Positions 8,229-17,056 of a DNA stretch of 38,715 bases are shown here, piece by piece; within the stretch, counting starts at the first letter, position 1, and every line of letters starts with the position of its first letter. A model generated the notes under the pieces. That model did not search any database, was not told the origin of the DNA, and saw nothing but the letters and a program-made list of their open reading frames with translations. Origin of the DNA: Candidatus Kuenenbacteria bacterium CG10_big_fil_rev_8_21_14_0_10_36_11. Its GTDB lineage: Bacteria > Patescibacteriota > Patescibacteriia > UBA2196. The stretch is taken from positions 5,695 through 44,409 of the forward strand of contig PFBP01000039.1 in NCBI GenBank assembly GCA_002778535.1, given 5' to 3'. Made by a program: the position numbers and the translations under genes.

Positions 8229-9164
8229 ATGATAACAACAATCGGACAATTATTTAAAATAGAATACGGACAAAAAGAATACCACAATAAAGAGTGGCTT
8301 GAAGGAACTGAAGGAAAAAATATTTTGGTTTCATCAAGAGGCGATGATAGCGGAGTTTTTGGTTTTTTTGAAATTGAAAATAAATTTAAGGCACCAGTCA
8401 TAACAGTTCAGGGATATGGAACAATTGGGCAAGCATTTGTCCAAGAATATGATTGTTCGGTAGACGATCATCTTTTGGTTTTGATTCCAAAGGATAAATT
8501 AACTATGGAGGAATTATATCAAGTTGCTTTCCAAATTAGATTAGATAAATGGAGATATAGATACGGCAGAGGAATTACCCCTGATAGGTTATCAATTCAA
8601 AAAATTAGTTTGATAGAAAGTAAATTAAGTTATGATAAACTTTCCAAAAAATTTCTTCCTGAAAAAAGCAAAAAGATAAAAGTTTTGGAAAATAAAAATG
8701 TTAAGTTAATCAAAGTTAATGATCTGTGTGATATTCAAAAAAAAACAGCTTTGCCTCAAAACGCTTTAGAAGAAAACGGCACGCCCTATGTAACTACAAC
8801 CTCAAAAAATAATGGTATTTCTAATTTCGTAAATGAAGAACCAAATACTAAAGCAAAATGTTTAACAGTGGCTCTTAATGGTAGTGTTGGGGAAACATTT
8901 TTTCAATTTGATGATTTTATCACAAGTGGCGATAATGCTGTTCTCACTCTGAAAGAGAAGTATAACCCCTACTTGTTATTTTATATTGGGGCAATGATAA
9001 AAAATCATCAGTGGAGATATAATTATTACAGAAAATTAAATCTTTCAAAATTGAAAAAAATGACGATTCCCACTCCGTACAAAAAAGGGAATATAGATAT
9101 TGATTATATTGAAAAAATTACTAAAAATTCTTATGGATTTGAGGAGTTAAAAAAGTTTTTTTAG
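8229..9164 (+). CDS. Restriction-modification specificity subunit (HsdS / BcgI-B-like, two target-recognition halves)
   Basis: Starts 2 nt after the methylase stop. Has two similar halves (about aa 1-130 and 160-300), each with a (V/T)x(Q/L)GxxG-type block and an FxQ... block, joined by a K-rich linker. No HsdR-type helicase gene is nearby. Confidence 0.55.
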   Translation: MITTIGQLFKIEYGQKEYHNKEWLEGTEGKNILVSSRGDDSGVFGFFEIENKFKAPVITVQGYGTIGQAFVQEYDCSVDDHLLVLIPKDKLTMEELYQVAFQIRLDKWRYRYGRGITPDRLSIQKISLIESKLSYDKLSKKFLPEKSKKIKVLENKNVKLIKVNDLCDIQKKTALPQNALEENGTPYVTTTSKNNGISNFVNEEPNTKAKCLTVALNGSVGETFFQFDDFITSGDNAVLTLKEKYNPYLLFYIGAMIKNHQWRYNYYRKLNLSKLKKMTIPTPYKKGNIDIDYIEKITKNSYGFEELKKFF

Positions 9165-9242
9165 GCTATGCATCAGTTTCGTTGGCACAAAATTTAGTGA
9201 CAAGTTGTTCAAAATAGACACTTTGGACTCTAATCCTACTCC

Positions 9243-9270
9243 TTGACTTTTTTCCCTAATTTGCTATAAT
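9243..9270 (+). promoter_or_regulatory. Near-consensus promoter TTGACT-N16-TGcTATAAT
   Basis: ttgact tttttccctaatttgc tataat with a TG extended -10 element. Followed by a leader of about 100 nt before ATG 9374. Confidence 0.6.
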
Positions 9271-9373
9271 GACACTGACAAAGAATCCTTAGTATAAAAG
9301 CAGGGATTTTTTGCTTAAAGGTCGTTGCTAAATTAATTTAAAGCCTTTTGGGAGGAAAAAGGCCAGTAATCAT

Positions 9374-9700
9374 ATGATGCTATTATTTTTCATTGGCATC
9401 GTAGAGATGCTGATTGCCACACTTTGGACCGCTCTGGTGACCAAGGCAAAGGTCTTGGCTTCTGGGTTTGTGACTTTTATCAATATCTTTATCTGGTATT
9501 ATGTTTTAGAAACTGTTATTAAAGATATTAATAATTGGCAGTTGATTGTGATTTACGCTTTTGGTTGCGCCATTGGCACTATTATTGGCACCTGGATTTT
9601 TTCCTGGTTGGAAAATAACAAAGAGCAGGTGTTGGGGAAGTGGCAGACTTTTTTAAGGAAAATTAATTTTTTCCAAAAAAAGAATCGCGAGAACATATGA
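9374..9700 (+). CDS. Small membrane protein, DUF5698 / UPF0316-N-like
   Basis: GIVEMLIATLWTALVTKAKVLASGFVTFINIFIWYYVL...YAFGCAIGTIIG resembles the three-TM N-domain of UPF0316 proteins. Confidence 0.55.
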   Translation: MMLLFFIGIVEMLIATLWTALVTKAKVLASGFVTFINIFIWYYVLETVIKDINNWQLIVIYAFGCAIGTIIGTWIFSWLENNKEQVLGKWQTFLRKINFFQKKNRENI

Positions 9701-9744
9701 TAAAAGACGATGTTCCAAATAGTGCGGACGACTATCCGCCTAAT

Positions 9745-9780
9745 TAAAACCGCCGATTGGCCAATGCCAAAAGGCGGTTT
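9745..9780 (+). terminator. Hairpin AAAACCGCC-N18-GGCGGTTTT
   Basis: 9-bp stem with a large loop. The T-run is short, so this is a weak terminator call. Confidence 0.35.
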
Positions 9781-9813
9781 TAAATTTGAGAAAAGAATGA
9801 TATACTATAATTT

Positions 9814-10443
9814 ATGATAACAACCTTGATTGATTTTTTAGTCCAATTAGTTATTAATATTATTGCCACCACCGGTTATGCGGGTGTTTTTTTGTTAATG
9901 CTTTTAGAATCATGCGGCGTGCCAGCACCTTCGGAAGCCATTATGCCTTTTGCCGGGTTTTTGGTGGCGGCTCACCAATTTTCTTTTTGGCTCACAGTTT
10001 TAATCGGCGTTCTTGGCAATCTGGCTGGTTCTTTGTTGGCTTATTTCATTGGCTTAAAAGGCGGACGACCATTGGTGGAAAAATATGGCCGTTATATTTT
10101 AATTTCTAAACATGATTTAGATAAAGCTGATTTGTGGTTTCAAAAAAGAGGAGAGCTGACCGTGTTTATCGGTCGTTTATTGCCAGTGGTGCGCACCTAT
10201 ATTTCTTTTCCAGCCGGTATTGCCAAAATGAATTTAAAGAAGTTTTCGCTTTATACTTTTATCGGCGCGTTTATCTGGTCAGCGCTTTTTTGTTACCTGG
10301 GCGTTAAGCTCGGCGCTAATTGGGAAATAATCCGGACTAAATTGCATAATTTTGATTTAGCAATTTTAGCTTTAGTGATTATAGTGATCGTTTGGTTTTT
10401 TTATAGACACTGGAAAAAAAGAAACAAAATAATTAAGGTTTAA
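9814..10443 (+). CDS. dedA: DedA-family (SNARE-associated) membrane protein
   Basis: [30 protein letters not shown] and [16 protein letters not shown] are hallmark DedA motifs. Confidence 0.85.
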   Translation: MITTLIDFLVQLVINIIATTGYAGVFLLMLLESCGVPAPSEAIMPFAGFLVAAHQFSFWLTVLIGVLGNLAGSLLAYFIGLKGGRPLVEKYGRYILISKHDLDKADLWFQKRGELTVFIGRLLPVVRTYISFPAGIAKMNLKKFSLYTFIGAFIWSALFCYLGVKLGANWEIIRTKLHNFDLAILALVIIVIVWFFYRHWKKRNKIIKV

Positions 10444-10448
10444 CTTTT

Positions 10449-10631
10449 ATGCTTTGTCAAATTCAAAAAAATCTTAAAAAATGTAATTGCACTTATGAAT
10501 TCTGTCCTCGCAAAGGCCGCTGTTGTTTGTGTGTCGCTTATCATCAAAAGCGGCACGAATTGCCGGCTTGTTATTTTGACGCTAAAAAAGAAAAAACTTA
10601 TGATAGGAGTTTAGAAAATTATTTGGTTTGA
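10449..10631 (+). CDS. Small Cys-rich protein (DUF6485-like)
   Basis: [32 protein letters not shown]. The Cys pattern matches, from memory, a conserved small cytoplasmic protein family. Lies 5 nt after dedA. Confidence 0.5.
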   Translation: MLCQIQKNLKKCNCTYEFCPRKGRCCLCVAYHQKRHELPACYFDAKKEKTYDRSLENYLV

Positions 10632-10733
10632 CATTTTTATTTTTTTGTCATATACTTTTTTTGCAGATTAAAACTGCTGTGAAATATTTTCCTGGCGGTT
10701 TTTTTAAACTTTAAAAATAATATAATAATGAGT

Positions 10734-10763
10734 GGATCCCGTGTCAAGCACGGGATGACAAAA
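10734..10763. repeat. Hairpin repeat family A variant (GGATCCCGTG-tcaag-CACGGGATGACaaaa)
   Basis: Has the family's GGATCC / GATGAC ends with a different, compensated stem. Lies in the typA 5' region, 20 nt before the ATG. Confidence 0.7.
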
Positions 10764-10782
10764 AAGAGAATAATCTAATTTT

Positions 10783-12573
10783 ATGGATATTAGAAATATC
10801 GCTATTATCGCCCATGTAGACCATGGCAAAACAACTTTAACAGACGCTTTGATGCGCCAGACAGGCATGGCTGAAGAAGGGTTTAGCATGGATTCAAACG
10901 CTCTGGAACAGGAGCGCGGGATTACGATTTATTCCAAAAACACTTCTTTGTTTTATAAAAATACTAAAATAAATATTGTGGACACACCTGGCCATGCGGA
11001 TTTTGGTTCTGAAGTAGAACGAGTGCTTCGTTCCATTGATTCAGTGCTTTTAGTGGTTGATGCGCAAGAAGGGCCAATGCCGCAGACAAAATTTGTCTTA
11101 AAAAAATCATTGGAGTTGGGCATTAAACCAATTGTAGTGATCAATAAAATTGATAAACCAGCGGCTAATCCAGCGCAGGCGGAAGAAGAAGTTTTAGAAT
11201 TATTTATGGATTTAGGCGCGAGCGATGAGCAAATAAATTTTACTACTATTTATGCTGTTGGAAAAACCGGTGTGGCAAGTAAAAGTTTAACTGAACAAGG
11301 CAAGGATTTGACCCCGCTTTTGGATGTAATTTTAGAAACTGTGCCAGTGGCATCTGGTAGAGAAAAAGAAAGCCAGCCATTAACTGCTCAGCCATTTAAT
11401 TTAGGTTATGATAATTTTCTTGGGCGTTTGGCAGTAGCCAGAATTTATACTGGCAAAATTAAAAACGGACAAAATGTATTTGTAAAAACAAACTCTGGCG
11501 AAACTCGCGTTGGTAAAATTACTAAACTTTTTACTTTTAGCGGTTTAGAAAAAAAAGTAGTTGAAGAAGCAGCAGCCGGTGACATTGTTTTAATTGCCGG
11601 TCTGCCAGATATTTTTATTGGCGAAACAATTTGTGAAAATGAAAAACAGGAAAGTTTGCCAGCTATTAAAATTGATGAGCCAACAATTTCTTTGGATTTT
11701 TTGGTTAATAATTCTCCTTTTGCTGGTCAGGAAGGCAAGTTTGTGACTATTCGCCAAATTAAAGAACGGTTAGAAAAAGAATTAGAAATTAATGTGGGAT
11801 TAAAAATAGATTTTTCACCAATTGATCATTACAAAATTTATGGTCGTGGAGAATTGCACATTGCGATATTATTAGAAAATATGAGACGGGAAGGTTATGA
11901 AATGCAGGTCTCTCAACCGCAAGTTATTATTAAAGAAATAGACGGAGAAAAATTAGAGCCATACGAAGAGGTAACAATTTTGGTGCCGGATAAAATGTCT
12001 GGCATAGTGATTGAAAAGATGTCAAAAAGAAAAGGCAAAATGCAGGACTTGCGACCAGAGCATGGCCAGACAAAAATGATTTTTGAAATTCCAACGCGCG
12101 GACTTTTGGGTTATCGCGGAGAATTTATTATTGATACACGCGGCGAAGGGTTATTGTATAGTCGCGTGACAGATTTTAAGCCGTATGCTGGTGCAATTGA
12201 AAAGCGCGATGTTGGTTCTATGATTTCTATGGCTACTGGCAAAACCTTAGCTTATTCTTTGGCGAATTTACAAAACCGCGGCGATCTTTTTATTAATCCA
12301 AACGAAGAGGTCTACGAAGGCATGGTGATTGGCAATGTGTCTAAAGGCAATGATATGGATGTTAATCCAATTAAGGGCAAGCATTTAACAAATATGCGCA
12401 GTTCTAATTCTGACGAAGCGATTCAATTAACACCGGCTGTATCTTTGACTTTAGAGCGCGGTTTGGAAATTATGGCTGAAGATGAATATCTGGAAGTCAC
12501 ACCAAAAAATGTGCGCTTGCGCAAACAATATCTGACTGGGCTGGAAAGAATTAGAATGAAAAGAAAAAAGTAA
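10783..12573 (+). CDS. typA: Translational GTPase TypA/BipA
   Basis: AHVDHGKTTL, DTPGHADF and NKID G-motifs, with TypA-type domain order and length. Confidence 0.9.
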   Translation: MDIRNIAIIAHVDHGKTTLTDALMRQTGMAEEGFSMDSNALEQERGITIYSKNTSLFYKNTKINIVDTPGHADFGSEVERVLRSIDSVLLVVDAQEGPMPQTKFVLKKSLELGIKPIVVINKIDKPAANPAQAEEEVLELFMDLGASDEQINFTTIYAVGKTGVASKSLTEQGKDLTPLLDVILETVPVASGREKESQPLTAQPFNLGYDNFLGRLAVARIYTGKIKNGQNVFVKTNSGETRVGKITKLFTFSGLEKKVVEEAAAGDIVLIAGLPDIFIGETICENEKQESLPAIKIDEPTISLDFLVNNSPFAGQEGKFVTIRQIKERLEKELEINVGLKIDFSPIDHYKIYGRGELHIAILLENMRREGYEMQVSQPQVIIKEIDGEKLEPYEEVTILVPDKMSGIVIEKMSKRKGKMQDLRPEHGQTKMIFEIPTRGLLGYRGEFIIDTRGEGLLYSRVTDFKPYAGAIEKRDVGSMISMATGKTLAYSLANLQNRGDLFINPNEEVYEGMVIGNVSKGNDMDVNPIKGKHLTNMRSSNSDEAIQLTPAVSLTLERGLEIMAEDEYLEVTPKNVRLRKQYLTGLERIRMKRKK

Positions 12574-12670
12574 AATCATTTTAACATAGTAATAAAAAAA
12601 ATAGGTTGAGGCCTGTTTTTTTGATTCTTTTTTGTTTGCTTGTTTATTTTTTAGATGATATAATGATAAT

Positions 12671-13900
12671 ATGAAAAACTATTTAGATAGAATTTTAGAA
12701 ATTAGCAAGCCATACTTAAAAGATGTTTTTGGCGTTGAAAAAAATCAGGAATTTATTAAAAAAATTGCCATAGTAAAAAAAATAAAAAATAGACAAGAAA
12801 TAATTACAAAATTTTCAGAGATTTATATTAATTTTATTAAAGAAATTTATCAGGAACAATATAAAAATACCAATAAAGAATTGATTAAGTTTATTGCGCA
12901 AAAAGATGATGGCGTTAAACTTGTTTGGGGGGATTGTTTCAATGTATTAAGAGGTATGAATTCTGAATCAGTTCATTTAATTGTAACTTCGCCACCATAT
13001 TATAATGCCAGAGAATATTCCCAGTGGAATGATTTGCATGACTATTTGAAAGATATGCGAAAAATTATTGCTGAGTGTTATCGCGTTCTAGATAACCATC
13101 GAGTTTTTGTTTTTAATGTCGGAGATATTTTTGATAATGATAATTTAAACACTAAGTCCGTTTGGGGCAAAAGACGGTTACCACTCGGTGCTTATTTTAT
13201 AAAAATTTTTGAGGAAGAGGGTTTTACTTTTGTGGATGATTTTATTTGGGACAAAGGCGAAGTGCAAAGCGAACGTCACAAGAACGGCGATAAACCATAT
13301 CCTTTTTATCAATACCCCATAAATTGTTATGAACATATTTTGATTTTTCATAAACATCGTTTGGATAATACGCGCTATCCTTGCCCTGTGTGTGGAACTC
13401 TGAAAGTTAACGGCAATACCCAGTCAGAAATTGGACTTCGCAGTTGGGAGTGTAAAAATTTAGGATGTTTTGAAAGAAGTAAAAGCAATCGCGGCAAAAG
13501 ATTTTCTTTAAAAACATTAATGACTCAATCAAGTCAAAAATCAGAGTTTGCGATACCAGAGGAATTTGTTAAAAAGTGGCGTCGTGATATAATTAAATTC
13601 AGTCCAGTAATAAAAATAAATAGCAAAGGAGAAAATTTATTAGGTCATACTGCCCCTTTCCCAGTAGAAATTCCAGAATTTGCAATAAAAATGTTTTCTT
13701 ACCCAGGCGATTTAATTTTGGATCCTTTTGGCGGCAGCTTTACCTCCGTGATAGTGGCTAAAAAATTAAAAAGAATTGGTGTGGGTATTGAATTAAATAA
13801 AGAAATGTTTAGAGATGCAAGTATTAAAAATATTCAAAACAATTTTCAACCGGTCTTATTTAATGGCAAAACATTAAAAATTTCAGAATTTAATTTTTAA
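12671..13900 (+). CDS. Beta-class N4-cytosine/N6-adenine DNA methyltransferase with zinc-ribbon insert
   Basis: Motif IV (IVTSPPYYNAREY) lies N-terminal and motif I (LDPFGGSFTS) C-terminal, with HTAPFP just before motif I. A CPVC...CKNLGC ribbon sits in the intervening region. AT-richer than its flanks. Confidence 0.8.
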   Translation: MKNYLDRILEISKPYLKDVFGVEKNQEFIKKIAIVKKIKNRQEIITKFSEIYINFIKEIYQEQYKNTNKELIKFIAQKDDGVKLVWGDCFNVLRGMNSESVHLIVTSPPYYNAREYSQWNDLHDYLKDMRKIIAECYRVLDNHRVFVFNVGDIFDNDNLNTKSVWGKRRLPLGAYFIKIFEEEGFTFVDDFIWDKGEVQSERHKNGDKPYPFYQYPINCYEHILIFHKHRLDNTRYPCPVCGTLKVNGNTQSEIGLRSWECKNLGCFERSKSNRGKRFSLKTLMTQSSQKSEFAIPEEFVKKWRRDIIKFSPVIKINSKGENLLGHTAPFPVEIPEFAIKMFSYPGDLILDPFGGSFTSVIVAKKLKRIGVGIELNKEMFRDASIKNIQNNFQPVLFNGKTLKISEFNF

Positions 13901-13910
13901 TAAAAATAAT

Positions 13911-14645
13911 ATGCCTAACAAAAAAAGAGTTAGAACTACCATTGACTTAAACACAAAACATTTTTCTCGCTATGGAGAATTTTTAGTTTCTTTTGAATTG
14001 TCAAAACATGGCTGGAATGTTTATAGCCCTGTTTATGATGAGTATATTGATTTTATTATTCATAAACATGTTTGTCATGATTGCGGATTAAATTGGAATT
14101 TGACGCCAGCGTTGGTGTGTAAAAAATGTGGCAAGGATTTTTCTAAAACGCAAAAAAATAACATCATTGCCAAAAAAATTTGTTTAAAATGCAAAAAAGA
14201 AATGATTGGCAATAAAAAGAATTGTCCTAAATGTCAGAGCGAAGAATTATTTAATATGCCAACTTGCGATAAGTGTGGCGGAGAAGTAGAAATGAGGGAA
14301 CATGCTTGCGGTTGCGGCAGTAAAAATTATGAAACAAAATTCCGCACCATTCAAGTCAAAAGTTCACGAGTAGAGTCAAAAGATGGCAAGTCAAAAAATA
14401 CTTATGCGGTAGATATGAAGCCAAGGGATTTAATTAAAGATAAAACCCATTTTTATATTTGGTGTTTAGTTGATAATAATGATAAGTCGCATTTTTTGGT
14501 CTTATCAGTAGAGGACTTTAAAAAAAATATGGGTGAATCAATGAAAGGGATTTCATTTTTTAAAGATCAAGATCGCCAGCATTTTAGCACTAATGACTTT
14601 GGTAAATGGAAAATATTTTTAAATAAATTTTACAAATTAGAGTAG
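13911..14645 (+). CDS. Putative restriction endonuclease: PD-(D/E)xK-like core split by three zinc ribbons
   Basis: GEFLVSFEL (E23), YIDFII (D47) and TIQVKSS (Q148-x-K150) fit the nuclease core. Between D and QxK are five CxxC pairs plus CGC (aa 55-135). Lies 10 nt downstream of the methylase on the same strand, and a terminator follows. Confidence 0.45.
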   Translation: MPNKKRVRTTIDLNTKHFSRYGEFLVSFELSKHGWNVYSPVYDEYIDFIIHKHVCHDCGLNWNLTPALVCKKCGKDFSKTQKNNIIAKKICLKCKKEMIGNKKNCPKCQSEELFNMPTCDKCGGEVEMREHACGCGSKNYETKFRTIQVKSSRVESKDGKSKNTYAVDMKPRDLIKDKTHFYIWCLVDNNDKSHFLVLSVEDFKKNMGESMKGISFFKDQDRQHFSTNDFGKWKIFLNKFYKLE

Positions 14646-14653
14646 AAAAAAAC

Positions 14654-14678
14654 AGCCAGAAAAATCTGGCTTTTTTTT
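14654..14678 (+). terminator. Rho-independent terminator (A-run upstream, so potentially bidirectional)
   Basis: AGCCAGA-aaaa-TCTGGCT followed by TTTTTTT. Confidence 0.7.
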
Positions 14679-14693
14679 GTTTTAATTGTCTCT

Positions 14694-16646
14694 ATGCTTT
14701 TTTATCCTGAAAATGTCAAAATAAATTATGAACAGGAATTGAACCAAGAACAATTGCGGGTGGTCAAAAATGGCGACGGCCCGTGTTTAGTTTTAGCTGG
14801 CGCTGGTTCTGGCAAAACAAGAACTTTGATTTATCGCGTCGCCTATTTATTAGAAAAAGGCGTGCCAGCCAACAGAATTTTATTAGTGACTTTTACCAAT
14901 AAGGCAGCCAATGAGATGCTGACGCGGGTTGAGAAAATTTTAAAATATCAGCCGACAGGGCTTTGGGGCGGCACTTTTCATAGCGTGGCTAACCGGATTT
15001 TACGGCTTTTTAGCAAGCACCTTGATTTGACGCCTAATTTTAATATCTTAGATCAGGAGGATTCTAAAAATTTAGTTAAAAATTGTTTCAAAGAATTGAA
15101 TCTGCCAGCTGATAAACATTTTCCTAAAAGCGATTTGATTCATAAAATAATTAGTTTGGCCGCGAATTTTAATCAGCCCATAGAAAAAATTATTGCGCGC
15201 AAGTTTGATAATTTAACTGATCGCTATCTGCCGTATATTTTACAAATCAGTCAGGAATATGTTGAGAAAAAGAAACGCGCGCATGCCCTTGATTTTGACG
15301 ATTTATTATTTTATTGGAACAAACTTTTGGAAGAAAAACCGCAGGTCAGGGAAAAATTAGCCCATCAATTCCAGTATATTTTGGTTGATGAATATCAGGA
15401 TACAAATCACATCCAAGGGCAAATCGTTAAAAATTTAGCTGGCGCAGAAAAAAATATTTTAGTCGTAGGTGATGACGCGCAAAGCATTTATTCTTTTCGT
15501 GGAGCCGATGTTAATAATATTTTGAAATTTCCTGAAGAATTTCCCAATTGTCAGATTTTCAAATTAGAAACAAATTATCGTTCCACGCCGGAAATTTTGG
15601 CTTTGGCAAATCATAGCATTAAGCAAAATAAAAAGCAGTTTAAAAAAGACTTAAAAACAAATAAAGAAAATTTTGTTAAGCCAATGGTCATTGGTTTAAT
15701 TGATACTGAAGCAGAAGCAAATTTCATTATTTCGGAAATTTTGCGTCTGCATGATGAAGAAGGTTTAAAATGGCAGGACATAGCGATTTTATTCCGTTCG
15801 CATTTTCAATCATTGGAAACAGAAATGGTATTTAACAAAGAAGGCGTGCCTTATGAAATGCGAGGGGGTTTAAGATTTTTTGAGCAGGCGCATGTAAAAG
15901 ATGTTTTGGCTTATCTCAAAGTCATTGCTAATCATAAAGACGAAATTGCCTGGCAGAGGCTCTTGCTTTTGCAAGCTGGCATTGGTGATGTTAATGCCAG
16001 AAAAGTTTTTATCGTGGCCAGAGAATTAAAAGATTTGGCTGATGTTTTGGCTTTTGATTTTAGTTTAGTTTTGCCAAATAAAGTTTTTGAAGCCTGGCGC
16101 GGGCTGGCGCATATTCTCAAAGCGCTTTTAGCAACTGATAAAACTTTAGTCAATGAGTTAATTAAAATAGTTTTACACTCTGATTATTTAGAATATCTTA
16201 AAGCCAATTATGATAATGCAGAAGAGAGAAGCGATGATTTAAAAGAATTAGTTGTGTTTGCGGGCAAGTATGATTCTTTGTCTGATTTTTTAGCTGATGT
16301 CGCGCTGTCGGAAAATTTTAAAAAAAATAAAGCAGGGGAGAATAAAAAAGAAGATGCAGTGATTTTGTCCACAATTCATCAGGCCAAGGGCTTGGAATGG
16401 GACACGGTTTTTGTTTTGGGATTAGTTGACGGCCAGTTTCCTCATGCTAAAATTTTTCAAAATCCTATTGAAATTGAAGAAGAGCGGCGGCTGTTTTATG
16501 TGGCAACAACGCGCGCGGAAAACAGATTATATCTGACTTATTCGGTGTTTAATAATTATGGCGCCACAGTAAATAAGCCCTCGCAATTTATTCGCGAATT
16601 ACCAGAGGAAGTGTATGAAAAAATGACAGAAAATGCTATAATATAA
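14694..16646 (+). CDS. uvrD: UvrD/PcrA/Rep-family superfamily-1 DNA helicase
   Basis: AGAGSGKT (motif I), DEYQDT (II), TNYRS, TIHQAKGLEWD (V) and YVATTRA (VI). Confidence 0.85.
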   Translation: MLFYPENVKINYEQELNQEQLRVVKNGDGPCLVLAGAGSGKTRTLIYRVAYLLEKGVPANRILLVTFTNKAANEMLTRVEKILKYQPTGLWGGTFHSVANRILRLFSKHLDLTPNFNILDQEDSKNLVKNCFKELNLPADKHFPKSDLIHKIISLAANFNQPIEKIIARKFDNLTDRYLPYILQISQEYVEKKKRAHALDFDDLLFYWNKLLEEKPQVREKLAHQFQYILVDEYQDTNHIQGQIVKNLAGAEKNILVVGDDAQSIYSFRGADVNNILKFPEEFPNCQIFKLETNYRSTPEILALANHSIKQNKKQFKKDLKTNKENFVKPMVIGLIDTEAEANFIISEILRLHDEEGLKWQDIAILFRSHFQSLETEMVFNKEGVPYEMRGGLRFFEQAHVKDVLAYLKVIANHKDEIAWQRLLLLQAGIGDVNARKVFIVARELKDLADVLAFDFSLVLPNKVFEAWRGLAHILKALLATDKTLVNELIKIVLHSDYLEYLKANYDNAEERSDDLKELVVFAGKYDSLSDFLADVALSENFKKNKAGENKKEDAVILSTIHQAKGLEWDTVFVLGLVDGQFPHAKIFQNPIEIEEERRLFYVATTRAENRLYLTYSVFNNYGATVNKPSQFIRELPEEVYEKMTENAII

Positions 16647-16650
16647 TCCT

Positions 16651-16941
16651 ATGGACCAACCAAACCAAAACCAATCATTAGAGCAATTGCTCTTAAAAAT
16701 TTATGAGAATACGGAAAAAACCCGCAAGTATATTTTGTGGGGCAGAGTGATGTCTTTTATTTATTTGATTTTAATTATTTTGCCTTTGATTTTAGCTGTG
16801 ATTTATTTGCCGCCATTGATTCAAAATATCGTGGCGCCGTATAAAGAGTTATTAGGCGACGATCCAAAAGCGAAAAATTTGCTTCAGCAATTAGACAAAT
16901 TGCAAACTGGCGGACTTGATTTAGAGGGGTTGATGAAGTAA
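16651..16941 (+). CDS. Small single-TM protein, unknown function
   Basis: Hydrophobic core VMSFIYLILIILPLILAVIYLPPL. Starts 4 nt after uvrD. No recognisable motif. Confidence 0.45.
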   Translation: MDQPNQNQSLEQLLLKIYENTEKTRKYILWGRVMSFIYLILIILPLILAVIYLPPLIQNIVAPYKELLGDDPKAKNLLQQLDKLQTGGLDLEGLMK

Positions 16942-16966
16942 AGTAAGGGTTTTTGTGTTTGCTTTA

Positions 16967-16997
16967 TTGTCATCCTGACGAAAGTCAGGATCCAGAA
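16967..16997. repeat. Hairpin repeat family A (ttGTCATCCTGAC-gaaa-GTCAGGATCCagaa)
   Basis: Perfect 10-bp stem followed by a T-run (aattttttttg), so it is likely used as the terminator of 16651..16941. Confidence 0.8.
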
Positions 16998-17056
16998 TTT
17001 TTTTTGTGTTTTTATTTGTTTGTGTTATACTTCAAATATAATTATCCACAACTATT

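Noticed and set aside
9225-9242. ggactctaatcctactcc, downstream of the first R-M module, as a degenerate direct repeat of the tRNA-Gln 3' end (ggtccgaatccttgtcc), which would be an attR scar.
   Set aside because: The match is only about 15 of 23 positions and needs a gap. There is no integrase, and a shared 6-mer core (aatcct) is easily due to chance.
14694-16646. The UvrD-family helicase as a third component of the adjacent methylase/nuclease module (a Gabija/Nhi-style defence helicase).
   Set aside because: It has the full canonical PcrA/UvrD motif set and length and a composition like the housekeeping genes. It has its own start after a strong terminator (14654..14678) and no fused nuclease domain, so it is most simply the housekeeping repair helicase.
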